This document shows, piece by piece, positions 63,500 to 64,000 of a stretch of DNA of 64,000 nt. Where the stretch lies: the NCBI GenBank assembly GCA_038087875.1, contig CM075977.1:17670001-17734000 (forward strand), given 5' to 3'. Positions within the stretch are counted from its first letter, which is position 1, and the number at the start of each line of letters is the position of its first letter. The translations under genes were made by a program, and so were the position numbers. The notes beneath the pieces are model-generated. The model did not search any database and was not told the origin of the DNA. It saw nothing but the letters and a program-made list of their open reading frames with translations. Source of the stretch: Malacoraja senta. Taxonomy: Eukaryota.

Positions 63500-64000
63500 C
63501 CCCCTCTACCCTCAAGCTCTGTGTCAAACAATTGTGACCGGTCTACACAGACATTTTCAACCAGTCCCTGCAAACCTGTACTGTCCCTGCCTTCTTCAAA
63601 GTCTCCGCTATTGTTCCCGTACCCAAAAAGCCAAGGATTACTGGTCTTAATGACTACAGGCCTGTCGCACTGACCTCTGTAGTCATGAAGACCCTGGAAA
63701 GACGTGCTGGCCCAACTGAAAAAAAAACCCTGCTGGACCCCCAGCAGTTTGCATACCGGGTCAATAGATCAGTGAATAACACAGTCAACCTAGGCCTGCA
63801 CCATCCTCCAGCACCTAGACTGCCAGGGCACCTATGCAAGGATTTTGTTTGTGGATTTTAGCTCTGCATTCAACGCCATCCAACACCAGAGCTACTACAC
63901 TCCAAACTTTCCCAGTTGACTGTGCCTGAACCCCTCTGTCAGTGGATCGCCAACTTCCTGACAGACAGGAAGCAGCATGTGAGGCTGGGTAAGCACATCT
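63500..64000 (+). mobile_element. Rex1/Babar RT fragment running off the right edge
   Basis: [57 protein letters not shown]. Confidence 0.9.

Noticed and set aside
62796-63527. 243-aa minus-strand ORF
   Set aside because: No recognisable motif; spans repeat remnants including a CR1 tail and the Rex1 edge

Overview
Vertebrate nuclear DNA, not prokaryotic. The repeat content (CR1/HER1 LINEs, HE1-type V-SINEs, Rex1/Babar LINEs, Penelope-type remnants) points to a cartilaginous fish, probably a skate or ray (inference). The only host-gene coding sequence I can support is one 242-nt minus-strand internal exon of RIMS2 (58772-59013). The rest appears to be intronic and densely filled with transposons, with at least 58.7 kb downstream of the exon showing no further RIMS2 exon. 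Almost all listed ORFs are LINE fragments, their antisense shadows, or low-complexity artefacts. Structurally defined elements read from the sequence: a head-to-tail cluster of non-autonomous Helitron-like units, a solo LTR with a 5-bp TSD, a Mutator/foldback-like element with long TIRs and a 9-10-bp TSD, a hAT with an 8-bp TSD, Harbinger- and Tigger-like MITEs, and Penelope-type repeats carrying decayed hammerhead-ribozyme cores. A signal-peptide-like ORF start at the left edge is absent from the ORF track. Family names come from recalled motifs, not database searches, and boundaries of old repeats are approximate.
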